64,000 bases of DNA from Eledone cirrhosa. Its lineage: Eukaryota. The notes beneath the pieces were generated by a model, which was not told the DNA's origin, did not search any database, and saw only the letters and a program-made list of their open reading frames with translations. Of the stretch, positions 27,118-39,539 are shown piece by piece. The position numbers were made by a program, and so were the translations under genes. The first letter of the stretch is position 1. Every line of letters starts with the position of its first letter. The stretch is taken from NCBI GenBank assembly GCA_964016885.1, contig OZ024742.1:207824001-207888000 (forward strand), written 5' to 3'.

Positions 27118-27160
27118 ACGATGCTGATGACAGCTAATAAGCTAAAAACTTGTTTATCGT
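27118..27160 (+). ncRNA. Minimal hammerhead copy 6 (GAAA mutated to AAAA)
   Basis: ACGATG CTGATGA CAGCTAATAAGCTA AAA ACTTGT T TATCGT. Confidence 0.6.
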
Positions 27161-27432
27161 TCCTTAGTCATTGTTGAACAAAAGGGCAACGATGGTTGCC
27201 GAACACACTGTATGGCTACTAATTCGGGCTGTTTGTTTACAAACAGACCGAGCATTATAATAAATGTTCGGTAAACCCTTACGTACATATATATATATAT
27301 ATGTGTGTGTGTGTGCATGTATGTATGTATATACATACTAGCGTACGTCTGTATATATTTATGTATGTACGTGTACATACTTATATTTAAGTATCAGCCG
27401 TACTAAGAGTGAGAAATGAAAATTCATTTTTT

Positions 27433-27508
<76 letters not shown>

Positions 27509-27552
27509 CGTAAAATAAGAAAATTATAAAATTAACTTACTTACTAAAATAT

Positions 27553-27639
27553 CACTTCCAACTAATTAGTTTCTGGAATGGAGTAAATATATTTTCCGAA
27601 CAATAATATACAGAGAAGCATTCCGTCGTCAGGAAAGTC
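27553..27639 (-). ncRNA. Type I hammerhead ribozyme
   Basis: Reverse complement: ACTTTC CTGACGA C-GGAATG...CATTCC-A GAA ACTAATTAGT T|GGAAGT; all three stems form. Confidence 0.82.
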
Positions 27640-28077
27640 TATTCTCATGTAAGTTTCCAGGCAAAGCGAGGACACTGGAAACTTATTAAAAAATAATTCA
27701 GTGGATAGAAAATAGCGAAGCGTGGACTGAATTCCAAGCCATTGAGAAAATCACTGCCTCTACGTCTGTGGCAAATTCAAAAAGAATCGAACACGTGACA
27801 TCGAGGTCAATCAGTGGAAAGTGGTTTGCTAATAAGACAGCGGCCTGCCTACAACCGTAGCAGCAGTCATGGCCAATATTGCTCGACAAATAATTTGGAG
27901 ATAATAATAAAGAATTCATATCTAGTAACATATATATACATACAGATGCATATCAATGCTAGCAAATATATAGGTTTTGTCTTAATAACAGTGTGGTTCA
28001 ATGCATGGGGTTGCAGAACAATAATATAAGAGACGTAAAATAAGAAAATTATAAAATTAACTTACTTACTAAAATAT

Positions 28078-28162
28078 CACTTCCAACTAATTAGTTTCTA
28101 GAATGGAGTAAATATATTTTCCGAAGAATAATATTGAGAAGCATTCCGTCGTCAGGAAAGTC
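28078..28162 (-). ncRNA. Type I hammerhead ribozyme (second copy)
   Basis: Same motif as 27553-27639, with stem II GGAATG/CATTCT. Confidence 0.8.
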
Positions 28163-28324
28163 TATTCTCATGTAAGTTTCCAGGCAAAGCGAGGACACTG
28201 GAAACTTATTAAAAAATCTGCAACCCCATGCATTGAACCACACTGTTATTAAGACAAAACCTATATATTTGCTAGCATTGATATGCATCTGTATGTATAT
28301 ATATGTTACGAGATATGAATTCTT

Positions 28325-28404
<80 letters not shown>

Positions 28405-28409
<5 letters not shown>

Positions 28410-29030
28410 ATATTAAGGATACTATTTATGGTTATGTATATATTAAAACTTTTTATAGTTATGTATATTTTAAACCCTAAACAGTGAAGGTCAGTAATGT
28501 ATTACCTTATTACTAGTAAGATAAATAGCTCAATGTAATAACATCAGTTGTTCTACAGAGCAGTTATATAGAATTCACAAGAATCAAAGCTATGGTCAAA
28601 GCATTTATTCACTTACAATTGTTTCATCCAAACCTAGGCTTGGTGTCTTCGGAGCATTTTTCAATGTTTGTACACATAATTGACCTCCTTTCCAACGCAA
28701 GAGACATAAAGATCCATATATATATATTGATGTACAGTGGAGTGACATATATTATACTATACGATTTTTGTACAGCAATTAAAATTAAAAATAATTCAAA
28801 ATAAAAATCAAAATAAAAATCAAAATCAAAATTAAAATACATTCGGCAGATAACACAGATAATGCAAGAGGATAGTTCGATAGTCAGGTCTAGTAGGTTG
28901 TGTATGCGTTAGTTACACATGGAGCATGCAAGTGTGTCTCATTTATATACGATTATTGTGTGGCAGGGTATTACATGTAATGCAAGCACTTTAAGCGGGT
29001 AAGCAAGATTATTATGGGGGTTGTAGTGGT
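28405..29030 (-). mobile_element. Non-coding element of the 13150-13915 family with a variant hammerhead (28610-28656)
   Basis: Reverse complement: TGCT CCGAAGA CA CCAAGCC TA GGTTTGG AT GAA ACAATTGT A AGTG. Bordered by (TA)n. Confidence 0.6.
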
Positions 29031-29092
29031 AAGGTATTTTTTGTATAGATCAAAAAATTATGTGTGCAGAAAAATAAAAATAAAAAGAAGAA

Positions 29093-29200
<108 letters not shown>

Positions 29201-29371
29201 CATTGAAAAAATCGTTTTCTAATGGGAAAGAAAACAAATATAAATGCAAAGGGATTGACGAATTATTCATTCTGATGATTCTAATGTTTTGTTCATCTAA
29301 TTAATCAAGTAATAATTGTGCGTTCATTTATTAAAATGTAATATAAATAACCGTTTTGGTCTGTGTATTAT

Positions 29372-29496
<125 letters not shown>

Positions 29497-30559
29497 CGGC
29501 GTATATATTCTAGAATATTTGTTAATAATCTATAACGTCTCTTCGTCATCTTTCGCATGTCCCCTATTATTATAGAGATAGTTTTTGTTTTTAATCTGAC
29601 ATGGGACTATATGGAACTTATATCCATTTTGCTAAACGTTCGTTTTATTTCTGCATTTACCATATTTTCATCCCCAATATATTTGTTTTGCGTAGACATT
29701 CTGCACTGGAATATTTTATATTGTTGTATAAAGACACGAAGCAAATAAAAAAAGAAACTGTTTCCTCTTAACAGTTGGATAAACTCCCTGTATCAGAATA
29801 ACATTTTAAAACATACCATTCCAGGCAAATGTTTTTGACCAAATCCGGTGTTTTCGAAGTTTGAAATCACGAATCAACAAGTCAACAGTTGAGGTTCCAT
29901 ATAGTCCCATGTCAATTGACCTTGTGGCTAGTGAGAATGGTCCTTGCAATGCATTTGTTAAAGAAAAGCGGCAATCAAGGAAAATGCGTTACTAACTCAC
30001 ACAGGCATGGTTCTGCTACAGAAAGATAAATGGTTATTTAATTTGTGGAAATCTCACCTCATACGTTGCGCATAATACAATATGGAGCCTTTTGGTGAAA
30101 CTAAAATGAGTAGAGCAGTGCTATGTAAAAAATCAAGAATGATTCATTCAGAAACAATGACACAATATCAAAGACGATGGAAGGTAAATATTCTGTGCAT
30201 TAACAAATTTAGAGGGGCTTTTCATCATAAAAAAACAACAGTATGAATGTAGATCCAGCGGATAGATAGAGTGATAACTCTTAAATCTGGCGAGATAGAT
30301 TGAACTCCATTGATAGTTTTCTGTGGCAAAGAAATAAGATGAATTAATGCGACAAACACCTACTCATAATCTAGCACACATATGAGATATGAGAGTAATA
30401 TATGAGATATGATAATAAACATAAAATAAGATGACTGACTCTTGTCGCATTACAAATTTCATAGCGGAATATGGGTAGATGGCTAATGCTGACGTGTTCT
30501 TTGGCGATATATAAATAGATAGGGTCCCTATAGAAATAAAAGTCCTGATGATACCCAGT

Positions 30560-31652
30560 TTGGATGATTTGACCTACTAGCTTTGCGTAAACATTCCAGA
30601 ATTGTTCTCCAATCTCATCAAAGCACTCTACAGTAACTGGCAGCAGAACGGGTGTATTACCAGTTCTGTGAACCGGGATAAAGAAATTTGAGAACAAGAG
30701 AGCTACACTAGACAGCGTCAGGCCCATAACTCAGCTAATCACAGAGTTTAAGACTTTGGCCAAAGTGTTAGTGACGAGGTTGGCGCGTGTCGTCGAGGAT
30801 TAGGCAGGGGAGACGGAAACTTGAGTAATTCCGACCAGGTCCATACACAGCAACCTCTAACCCATGCAATACATCATAGAGAGGGTAGGGTGTAAACCTA
30901 GCTTTGGTGGGGCTCTGATCTATTTATATCATCGAAAGCTTTAGATAGGGTCGAGGATTAATACCTGGAGGCTGTCCTCAAGGCAGCTGGCTTTGGCCTT
31001 GTTTTCACAAGCTGGATCACTGTAATGCACAGTGACATCTGCACGGTGATCAAACTTAAAAGTCGTCTTTCGGAACCATTTTACATCTACCGATCGGTCG
31101 GTCAAGGATGCCCTCTCTCTCCCCTTCTGTACGAATTGACTCCCGAATCTTTACTGCGGAAGCTGGAGCTGTTGCAGGGCATCCCGTTTGAACCGGGAAG
31201 CGGAAACGTTGTTTCGGCATATGTGGACGACATCCCCGTGATGGTATCGAACAGCTCAGAAATCGGGGACGTCAGCACCTCCTTGGCGAAATATGACAGG
31301 TTGCCGGTAAAGTCGGTGCATTTGCAGCTCGGTACCTGTTGAACGGGCACTGGACGGACAATACTGGTAAAGTTGCGGGAGGTTTGATTCGAACCAGACT
31401 TCCTGTTGGATAAGAATTGGGACGAACTTACAAACAGGGTAGCCACTCTGACTCAGAAATGGGCCGAAAGGAAATTGTCCCTGAGTCGCACTTGGGCGGT
31501 TCACCCTCATATATTGAGGAATTTATTTTGTTGCGTTTTTATTGTTAATTGTTTTTGTTAATTTCTTTACTCAATTTTATTGTAAACGACCACTGTCACT
31601 GTCTTTATATTGTCCTCTATATGTCGGTCCTTGTGCTCTATAAATGAAACAA
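30560..31652 (+). mobile_element. Degenerate, internally deleted Tx1-type LINE (RT region joined to the 3' end)
   Basis: RSVGQGCPLSPLLY and SAYVDD; 3' end GTCCTTGTGCTCTATAAATGAAAC. Confidence 0.85.
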
Positions 31653-31654
31653 TT

Positions 31655-31858
31655 CAGTGTCGGTAGAGCGTCGGACATCATGCTTCGTGGGAGAAAGTTA
31701 CTCCCATTTACAGTCTAATTTCAAACCTCGCCAATGTTAGTTAGCTTTGCCTTTCATCCTAACGGCCTAAAGTACCAGTAAGCACTGGAATCGATTTAAT
31801 CGACTTTCCCCTTCCCTTCAAATTGTTTTCCTTGTGCCTAAATTAGAAACAATTATTA
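31655..31858 (+). mobile_element. tRNA-derived SINE directly after the Tx1 3' end
   Basis: CAGTGTCGGTAGAGCGTCGGAC...CTTTGCCTTTCATCC...CCTTGTGCCTAAATTAGAAAC. Confidence 0.8.
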
Positions 31859-32466
31859 CTACACAATGAAAGACCTCAGTAAAATAATACTTTCCTTAAA
31901 ATACGCGCAGTACCTAGCAAGATTGATTTTGTATGCTCGATCTTCTATTGCATATTGAAAATTTAGCAGTTATTTGAATTAAACTGAGAAATCAGAAGTA
32001 AATTGGACTGTATTTGATTTTATATTAAAAAGCGTTAATGAGGAGCAATGGGCGATGTCAGCATACAACGACACTCAGAGTGATCGATTAGCTGCTAGAA
32101 ATAGCAGTCACGTCTCATTCAACACACATCATCATATCTTTACCAAGGCATCGCTTGTTGGAAGGGCTCCGACCATATAGCCACTCGAATGTATGTCAGT
32201 GGACTATGTACAATTGTTGAAGGAAATTTCTATAGAATTTAAATGATATGAATAATATGAAATATTTATATTTATCTTATGAATAATATATAATTTGAGG
32301 CTATGGAAGGTTGAAGTGAAAAGTTTTTTTATAATTAAATCTAGCAATATTTTCCAACAAAAACTGAAATTGTAGTTGTCATTTCAATGATACACAGAGA
32401 ATCATGCACAAAAATACACACACGCTCAAATGTATATATATATATAAATATATACATATACACTCT

Positions 32467-32500
<34 letters not shown>

Positions 32501-32561
32501 AATTATAGTTGTTTATAGTTGTTTATAGTATATACATAACTATAAATAGTATCATCATTAT

Positions 32562-32600
<39 letters not shown>

Positions 32601-32728
32601 AATATCCACGGTTAGTTGTGGGGTCTAGTCTGCATGAGAACTCAATGTAATCCATATTTTGGAAATGTTATAGGATAAAATAAATCCCGGAAAACAATAA
32701 AACAACAAAAGGAAAACAGAGTCATGAT

Positions 32729-33705
32729 ATAAGTTTAAACAATGAAATAACAATTCAAGTTATTAGGAATATACTTCACTGCTTTACGGTCGTTTCTAGG
32801 TGATCATAATTCATCGTACGCATATTTAGTTATTGATCTATATAAGGTTAGTAACAAAATATCAAATAAGGAATATATTTACCTACGTGTATATCGTCAG
32901 CCGTTGTCAAATGCAATGACAATTTTATTCAAAATCAATAGTAAATTGAGTTCTATGACCTTATTTGGAGGTAACTGAAGAACAACTGAATCAAATGGTG
33001 TTTTGCCATATGATGTTAAGACGAAATACAATTCACTTTAGTTAAGGTCGTGACCTGTTGAAAGGAATGGTTGAATCGTGTTAAAAATAGAATTACTATA
33101 AATAATCTATGAAGAAAAGGGATTGTTGTATTGATAGTGGAATGTAGATGGTGGTGTGAATGTTTAAAAAGGGATGTAAAAGTTATATGTTGAGTTGTGT
33201 TGTATGGAGATTTGAGGTGAATATAAATAAAGAAATATAAAACATACGGAAATAACTAGGATAAATATAGATACGTAAAGTAATGTTCATAACTGGGAAG
33301 GATAGTATATTAAAAGATGAAAATTATAATAAGATAATAAAATACAATAATATAATAATATAATATAATTGTTTCTACTTTAGGCACAAGGCCAGCAAAT
33401 ACCAGTGCATTACTGGTACTTTATTTTATCGACCCATAAGGATGAAAGGCAAAGTCAACCTCGGCGGGATTTGAACTCAGATCGTAAAGGGACGTAACTA
33501 TGCTGGATAATAATAATATAATATAATGTAATATAATATAATGCATTATGGTACAATGTATATAGTATAGTATAGCGTATGATGTATCATAAAATATAAA
33601 ATAGTAAATATATTCAAGTGGGTCTATGTATAAGTAATCAATCCCAGATAAATGCATCTTGACATTTAGCCAAAATGCATAATTTTCTTAGATCACAAAA
33701 GTACA
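32729..33705. repeat. Left arm of a ~1 kb inverted repeat (contains a SINE at 33368-33505, minus strand)
   Basis: Reverse complement of 36022-37020 with scattered substitutions. Confidence 0.9.
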
Positions 33706-33952
33706 TATCTCTAATATATAGATAGAGGTATAATTACATATATGCTCCATTAGAAACATACATACCCATACATAGATATATACATACACATATACATACA
33801 TACACATATACATACATACACGCACACATACATACATATATAAATATATATACATACATATATATACATATATATAGACATACATACATGTACATACACA
33901 TACACACACACACACATACACACACGCATACACACACACACACACACATATA

Positions 33953-34029
<77 letters not shown>

Positions 34030-34069
34030 TTTATAATACATACATAGATACATGTATACCCATGCAATT

Positions 34070-36020
34070 ACAGGTGGTTATGTATCTCGATGCCCTTAGT
34101 CAGTACGGCATGAATCAAGGGAAGCTAAAAAAATTAAAAGGTTAAAAAATTAACAAGAAGGCGTATAATTAGGAGAAGGGGATATTAACAGAAAGGTATG
34201 TCACATAGGACTATAGTGAGCTGTTATTTAGAATGTTTAATTAGGTTTATAGTACTTAAATGTTTTTCGTATACGGTGATTACAAGCTATAATCAGCTCT
34301 TGTCTTTTATTCAAAAATCGTCCTTAGATTTAGTAATTTCCAAGATCTCTCCGGAACATAATCTCCTGTTCCCAAGATATGCAGTTCTTTGTAAAATGGT
34401 TTCACACGATAGCTTGAATTCTATTTTTTTTATAGTTATTTACTGCTTCAGCTAAAGATGTGGTGTTAGCTAGTTTAGTATTGTTAAAGCTACTGGAGTG
34501 TGCGTAATATCTCTTCTTAAATGTGTTCGATGTAGATCCTATATACGATTTGTTGGAGTCAGTAGTAGACACAGTGCATTTATATATTACATTATTAATC
34601 AAACACTTGCTATTTAAGGGGCAAACGCTTCTATTTCTGCAATTACAACCATACGTAAGATGGTTGTTGGATTTACCTACATAATTCTCATTAATCCTGG
34701 AGCTATTCTGTAATTAGCTATATTGTAATTAGTGTTAAAGACAGAATGAGTGTTGCTTCGTGGGTGATTTAGTGCTGGGGTTGTATTGTGATTTTGTGTT
34801 ATGTTGTTTTTGTGTTGGTGATTTGGGTGGTTGTGTTTTCCAGTTTGAAGAATTGTATTATTTGTCCGCTGTGGTGGTGTGGTCATATTATATGTACTGG
34901 GTAATTGCTGGCCTTGTGCCAAAAGTAGAAACAAATATTTTTAAATTCATAAACGTTGTAGTTGCTTATTTTATGTTGGAGATTTTTTTATGTAGAGTAT
35001 GTGAATTTAACAGTATACCTGTTAAATAGTTGGTGGTATCTGTGGTTTGGTGGAAAATGTTTATGTAGAATTTCGACGAATTTTGGGGGGATTTGCCCAA
35101 TAGTTTACAGGTTGAAGGGTGCGTTGTACCATGTTATGTTTCTTTTGCGGTTTTTAGTTAAGTTCTTATTCTCACTTATATTAATGTGCTGTGTTCTAGA
35201 AGAGTTCCTATGGTTAGTATTTGTATTTGTGAAATTTGGTAAATTGCAGTGGTTGTATTTGGTGTTATTATTGGGTAGATTATGAGAGGTTGAATGTTTG
35301 GTAGTCATATGTGAGTTGTTAATATTGGTCATAGATCGTGTAGTAATAGTACTTGTGGTTTTTCAGTTGTTTGGTGAGATAGGAATGACCCCATTAGGCA
35401 TTTGTTTCGATGGTATATTTTGGTGTTTGTAGTTTTTGCTAGGTTTTGTAGTATGGTCCATAGTAGTGTTGGGGATATATGAAATGTTTTCTTTATATCC
35501 ACTTCTAGTTAGGGCTTCGTTGTAGAAGGGTGCATTTTTATAAAAGATATCCTCATTGGAAGAAAATTTAGAAAGTATAAGTGATATGTTATATACTAAG
35601 TTTTTGAGTATATAGCCAGAGTGGTTAGAGCGTTACTGTACATAGTGTAGATTCTGGTTGGGTTTGTGGTAAGGTTGATAAATATTCGTGGAGAGGTCTA
35701 AGGTAATGTCAAGGAAGTTAGCTACTTTTGAGGTGTTTTCAAAGGTGATATTAAGGTTGTAATAATCCTTGTGGAATTTTCTAATTTGATTTTTGTTTTA
35801 CTCTATATGAGAATTGCTAAGATTGTTAGATATCAATAGGCAATCATCCCGATATAGACCACCTTTGAGGTGGGGAAAAGAGGAATGAATATTATAGAGG
35901 AGAAATAGTCCAACGAGGTCTGTAACTTGAGCAGAGTTGGTGGATCCTGTCGTTATATCGAATAAGTTGTTATATGTGTTTCTTGTCCAGTGTTCTTCTT
36001 GGAAGTTTAGTAAGGTTTAT
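34070..36020 (-). mobile_element. Penelope-like element (Neptune-type), 5'-truncated and degenerate
   Basis: RT motif GLYRDD (~35843-35862), KRNITWYNAPF, Cys linker CNCRNRSVCPLNSKC, and GIY-YIG motif VIYKCTV..YIGSTSNTFKKRYYAH. Confidence 0.88.
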
Positions 36021-36021
36021 T

Positions 36022-37015
36022 TGTACCTTTGTGATCTAAGAACATTATGCATTTTGGCTATATATTAGCATGCATTTATCTGGGATTGATTACTTATACA
36101 TAGACCCACTTGAAAATATTCACTATTTTATATTTTATGATACATCATACGCTATACTATACTATCTACAATGTACCATAATGCATTATATTATATTACA
36201 TTATATTATATTGCGGTGAATTGGCAGTATCGGTAGGGGGTTGGACGCAATGATTTCTAGATTAGTTACGTCCCTTTACAGTATGAGTTCAAATTCCGCC
36301 GAGGTTAACTTTGCCTTTCATCCTTACGGGGTCGATAAAATAAAGTACCAATCATGCACTGGGTAATTGCTGGCCTTGTGCCTAAAGTAGAAACAATTAT
36401 ATTATATTATTGTATTTTATTATCTTATTATAATTTTCATCTTTTAATATACCATCCTTCCTAGTTATGACCATTACTTTACGTATCTATATTTATCCTG
36501 GTTATTTCCGTATATTTTATATTTCTTTATTTATATTCACCTAAAAACTCCATACAACACAACTCAACATATAATTTTTACATCCCATTTTAAACTTCAC
36601 TCCACCATCTACATTCAATACAACAATCCCTTTTCTTCATAGATTTTTCATAGTAATTCTATTTTTAACACCATTCAACCATTCCTTTCAAAAGGTGATG
36701 ACCTTAACTAGAGTGATTTATATTTCGTCTTAACATCATATGGCTAAACACCATTTGATTGGTTTGTTCTTCAGCTACCTCCAAATAAGGTCATAGAACT
36801 CAATTTACTATTGATTTTTAATAACATTATCATTGGTTTCGACAACGGCTGACGATAGACACGTAGGTAAATATATTCCTTATTTGATATTTTGTAACTA
36901 ACTTTACATAGATCGATAACGAAATATGTGCACGATGTATTAGTATCACCTAATAACGACCGTAAAGCAGTGACGTATATTCCTAATGACTTGAATTTTT
37001 ATTTCATTGTTTTAA

Positions 37016-37020
<5 letters not shown>
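36022..37020. repeat. Right arm of the ~1 kb inverted repeat (contains a full SINE at 36212-36397, plus strand)
   Basis: Reverse complement of 32729-33705; ends in (TA)n. Confidence 0.9.
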
Positions 37021-37054
<34 letters not shown>

Positions 37055-38205
37055 CGGAGTCCAGAAATAGCCGTCGAAACGACTTGAGCTCTGTCGTCGG
37101 GGTTAAACATGTTCCTATATATATATTCAATTGTTTGGTAATTCAACAAATATAAATGTTTATAACTGATTCAGAGCACTCCACAGTTTTTCTGGAGTAA
37201 ATATTTTAACATCTTAATATTTATAAATGGTAATATCAATAATATTTGTAATATTTTTACTTTTCAGCAAAAATTACTTTAATATATAAATACTTATTCA
37301 TATATATATAATTTTAATTTTTAGTCTTTTAATTCATACATTATTATTTTTCTAATGACACTTTCTATAAAACGTTTTTTAGACGTAGATTCATAATCAT
37401 TAATTGCAAAATGTATCCTCTTCATGACAGTTTCCTAGATAAACACATCACGTATCTCCTCTTTTGGTATTTATGATTCTCAAACATTCACACATTTTTC
37501 GACTAAATTAATTAATTAATCTCACACTTTTTCAAATTCATCGATTAACAAACTAAATTGGAGTTATCTTTCCTTTCTGAGTTATTATATTTAACAATAT
37601 TATAATACATCTTCAACGCTGAACAAAATATTCAAATCTATCTATTTACATATAACACAAAATCAACGTCCGTCGTAACTCATATTATAAACAACTAATA
37701 ACTGTAAATTATCAATATCTATTTAACAATTATTAATATATATAGATATTTATACATATATCCTAATACAATATTTCAATAAGTTAAATACTTACAAACA
37801 TAATTCTCCATATAAGTATAACATAGGTAAATATTCAAATTTTTTTTCCCCAAAATTAACGTAAATATGTGGTCTTCTTTTCTTTTTCTTTTTCTCCCTT
37901 TTTCTTTCTCTCCTAATAATACAAACATATATCTAAATTTCCCCAGCGTCTGAAATAACGGTGTTTCAATCATATACCCAACCTCATTTACATATTCATT
38001 AGCATACTCAATCTAACAATTTTAAATACACTATACAAGGAATACCTCAACTGATAAGGTATGTTCCTTGGCTATGTCAACATTTATAAAGCACACTTTG
38101 TATTTTATCTTATGAAAGCGTACCAAAGTTTTCATACCCTTGAAATATATATAATAGAATAAATATGGTTTTATAAATATAGTTTCCATTTATTTAATAT
38201 CATCG

Positions 38206-38257
<52 letters not shown>

Positions 38258-38841
38258 TGCATGCACACACACACATTTATATATATGTGTGTGTGTGCAT
38301 ATATATGTGTTTATGTGTATGTAATTTACTAGAAATTAAATAAAATAAATTTACGTCATTTCTCCGAGTTTCTAACAAAGGTACGTTTGCATGTATATGT
38401 GAAGTATATAAAAATATATGTATATCCACATGAGACATCCACCATATAGAATATTAAAAAGAATGACGGACATGCGAGTAAGAGTGACAGTGAAATTTTT
38501 TTGCGCGATAAATTAGGTTTTTTTTTTCTTCTTTTTCGAAGAACTGTTGTTTTAGACTTATCATTGAAGGAAATAAACGAAAAATAATGGTAAAGATTAA
38601 TAATTCGGGAATGCCAAACATGAAGATGGAAATGATGCAGAAAAGAAGATGACATTGATAGTTTGCTGCTCTGACTGATGGAGATGAAACCTGTTGTGAA
38701 AGAAAGATAGATGAGCTTGAAATTATAGGTGAAGGTGGAGAACAATATTTTCTCATCTTAAGGGAATTATTCAAAGACATTTCGAATGAAAGATGAGAAC
38801 TATCTGACGCCTCACTTTTTCAGTGAGCATATATATATAAT

Positions 38842-38887
<46 letters not shown>

Positions 38888-38955
38888 TATGTGTAAAAGT
38901 AAACACAGTAAACCCGTGTCTAAAATTACGAGGGTAGATTGCACCACATATTATA

Positions 38956-39160
38956 ATTGTTTCTACTTTAGCAATCACCCAGTGCATTACTGGTACTTTA
39001 GCAATCACCCAGTGCATTACTGGTACTTTATTTTATCGACCCCGTAAGGATGAAAGGCAAAGTCAACCTCGGCGGGATTTGAACTCAGATCGTAAAGGGA
39101 CGTAACTATGCTGGAAAGCATGGCGTCCGACTCTCTACCCATACTGCCAATCCACCGCCC
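38956..39160 (-). mobile_element. tRNA-derived SINE with an internal 30-bp tandem duplication
   Basis: SINE consensus on the minus strand; TTAGCAATCACCCAGTGCATTACTGGTACT occurs twice. Confidence 0.9.
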
Positions 39161-39242
39161 TTATTATAATGCTCAGTATTTATACTTTGAGCTTGTTAAT
39201 TGCAGGGTATCAATATGAGTTAGTTAATCTATATTTTATTTG

Positions 39243-39284
<42 letters not shown>

Positions 39285-39346
39285 CGTGTGTGTGTGTATG
39301 TGTGTGTGTGCGCGCGTGTGTATATATGTGTGTGTGTGTGTATGTG

Positions 39347-39405
<59 letters not shown>

Positions 39406-39539
39406 AAATGTTGTAGTTTGCTTGAAGCCTTATGTATAATGTATAACGTTGAAAGAGATAGAAGGCTAAACAAGGCAAAATGGACTGTAAGATGAGGTAA
39501 CAAAAAGTAAGTCACCTTGTTTTGTTGTTGTTCTTCTTC

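Larger units (their letters stand above)
25020..27435. repeat. Direct and inverted array of a ~350-450 bp unit carrying a minimal hammerhead (retrozyme/Penelope-pLTR-like)
   Basis: Recurrent motifs TTTCATTTCTCACTCTTAGTACGGC and CTTTTGTTCAACACTGAC in both orientations. Six hammerhead copies; flanked by (TA)n tracts. Confidence 0.85.
27503..28330 (-). mobile_element. Non-autonomous Penelope/retrozyme-like element with two ~190 bp hammerhead-bearing direct repeats and an inverted terminal segment
   Basis: 27503-27694 is repeated at 28029-28218, and 28219-28330 is the reverse complement of ~27905-28016. (TA)n flanks both sides. Confidence 0.82.

Noticed and set aside
25020-27435. CRISPR-like array
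   Set aside because: Units are hundreds of bp long in mixed orientation, with no unique spacers and no cas genes, in a eukaryotic context.
33688-34145. CV/YI/HT-repeat ORFs here and at 25293-26614, 29014-29575, 39169-39515 and 40854-41176
   Set aside because: Dinucleotide microsatellite artefacts.
37050-37200. Possible further ribozyme-like segment after the right inverted-repeat arm
   Set aside because: A complete hammerhead core with stems could not be assembled on either strand.
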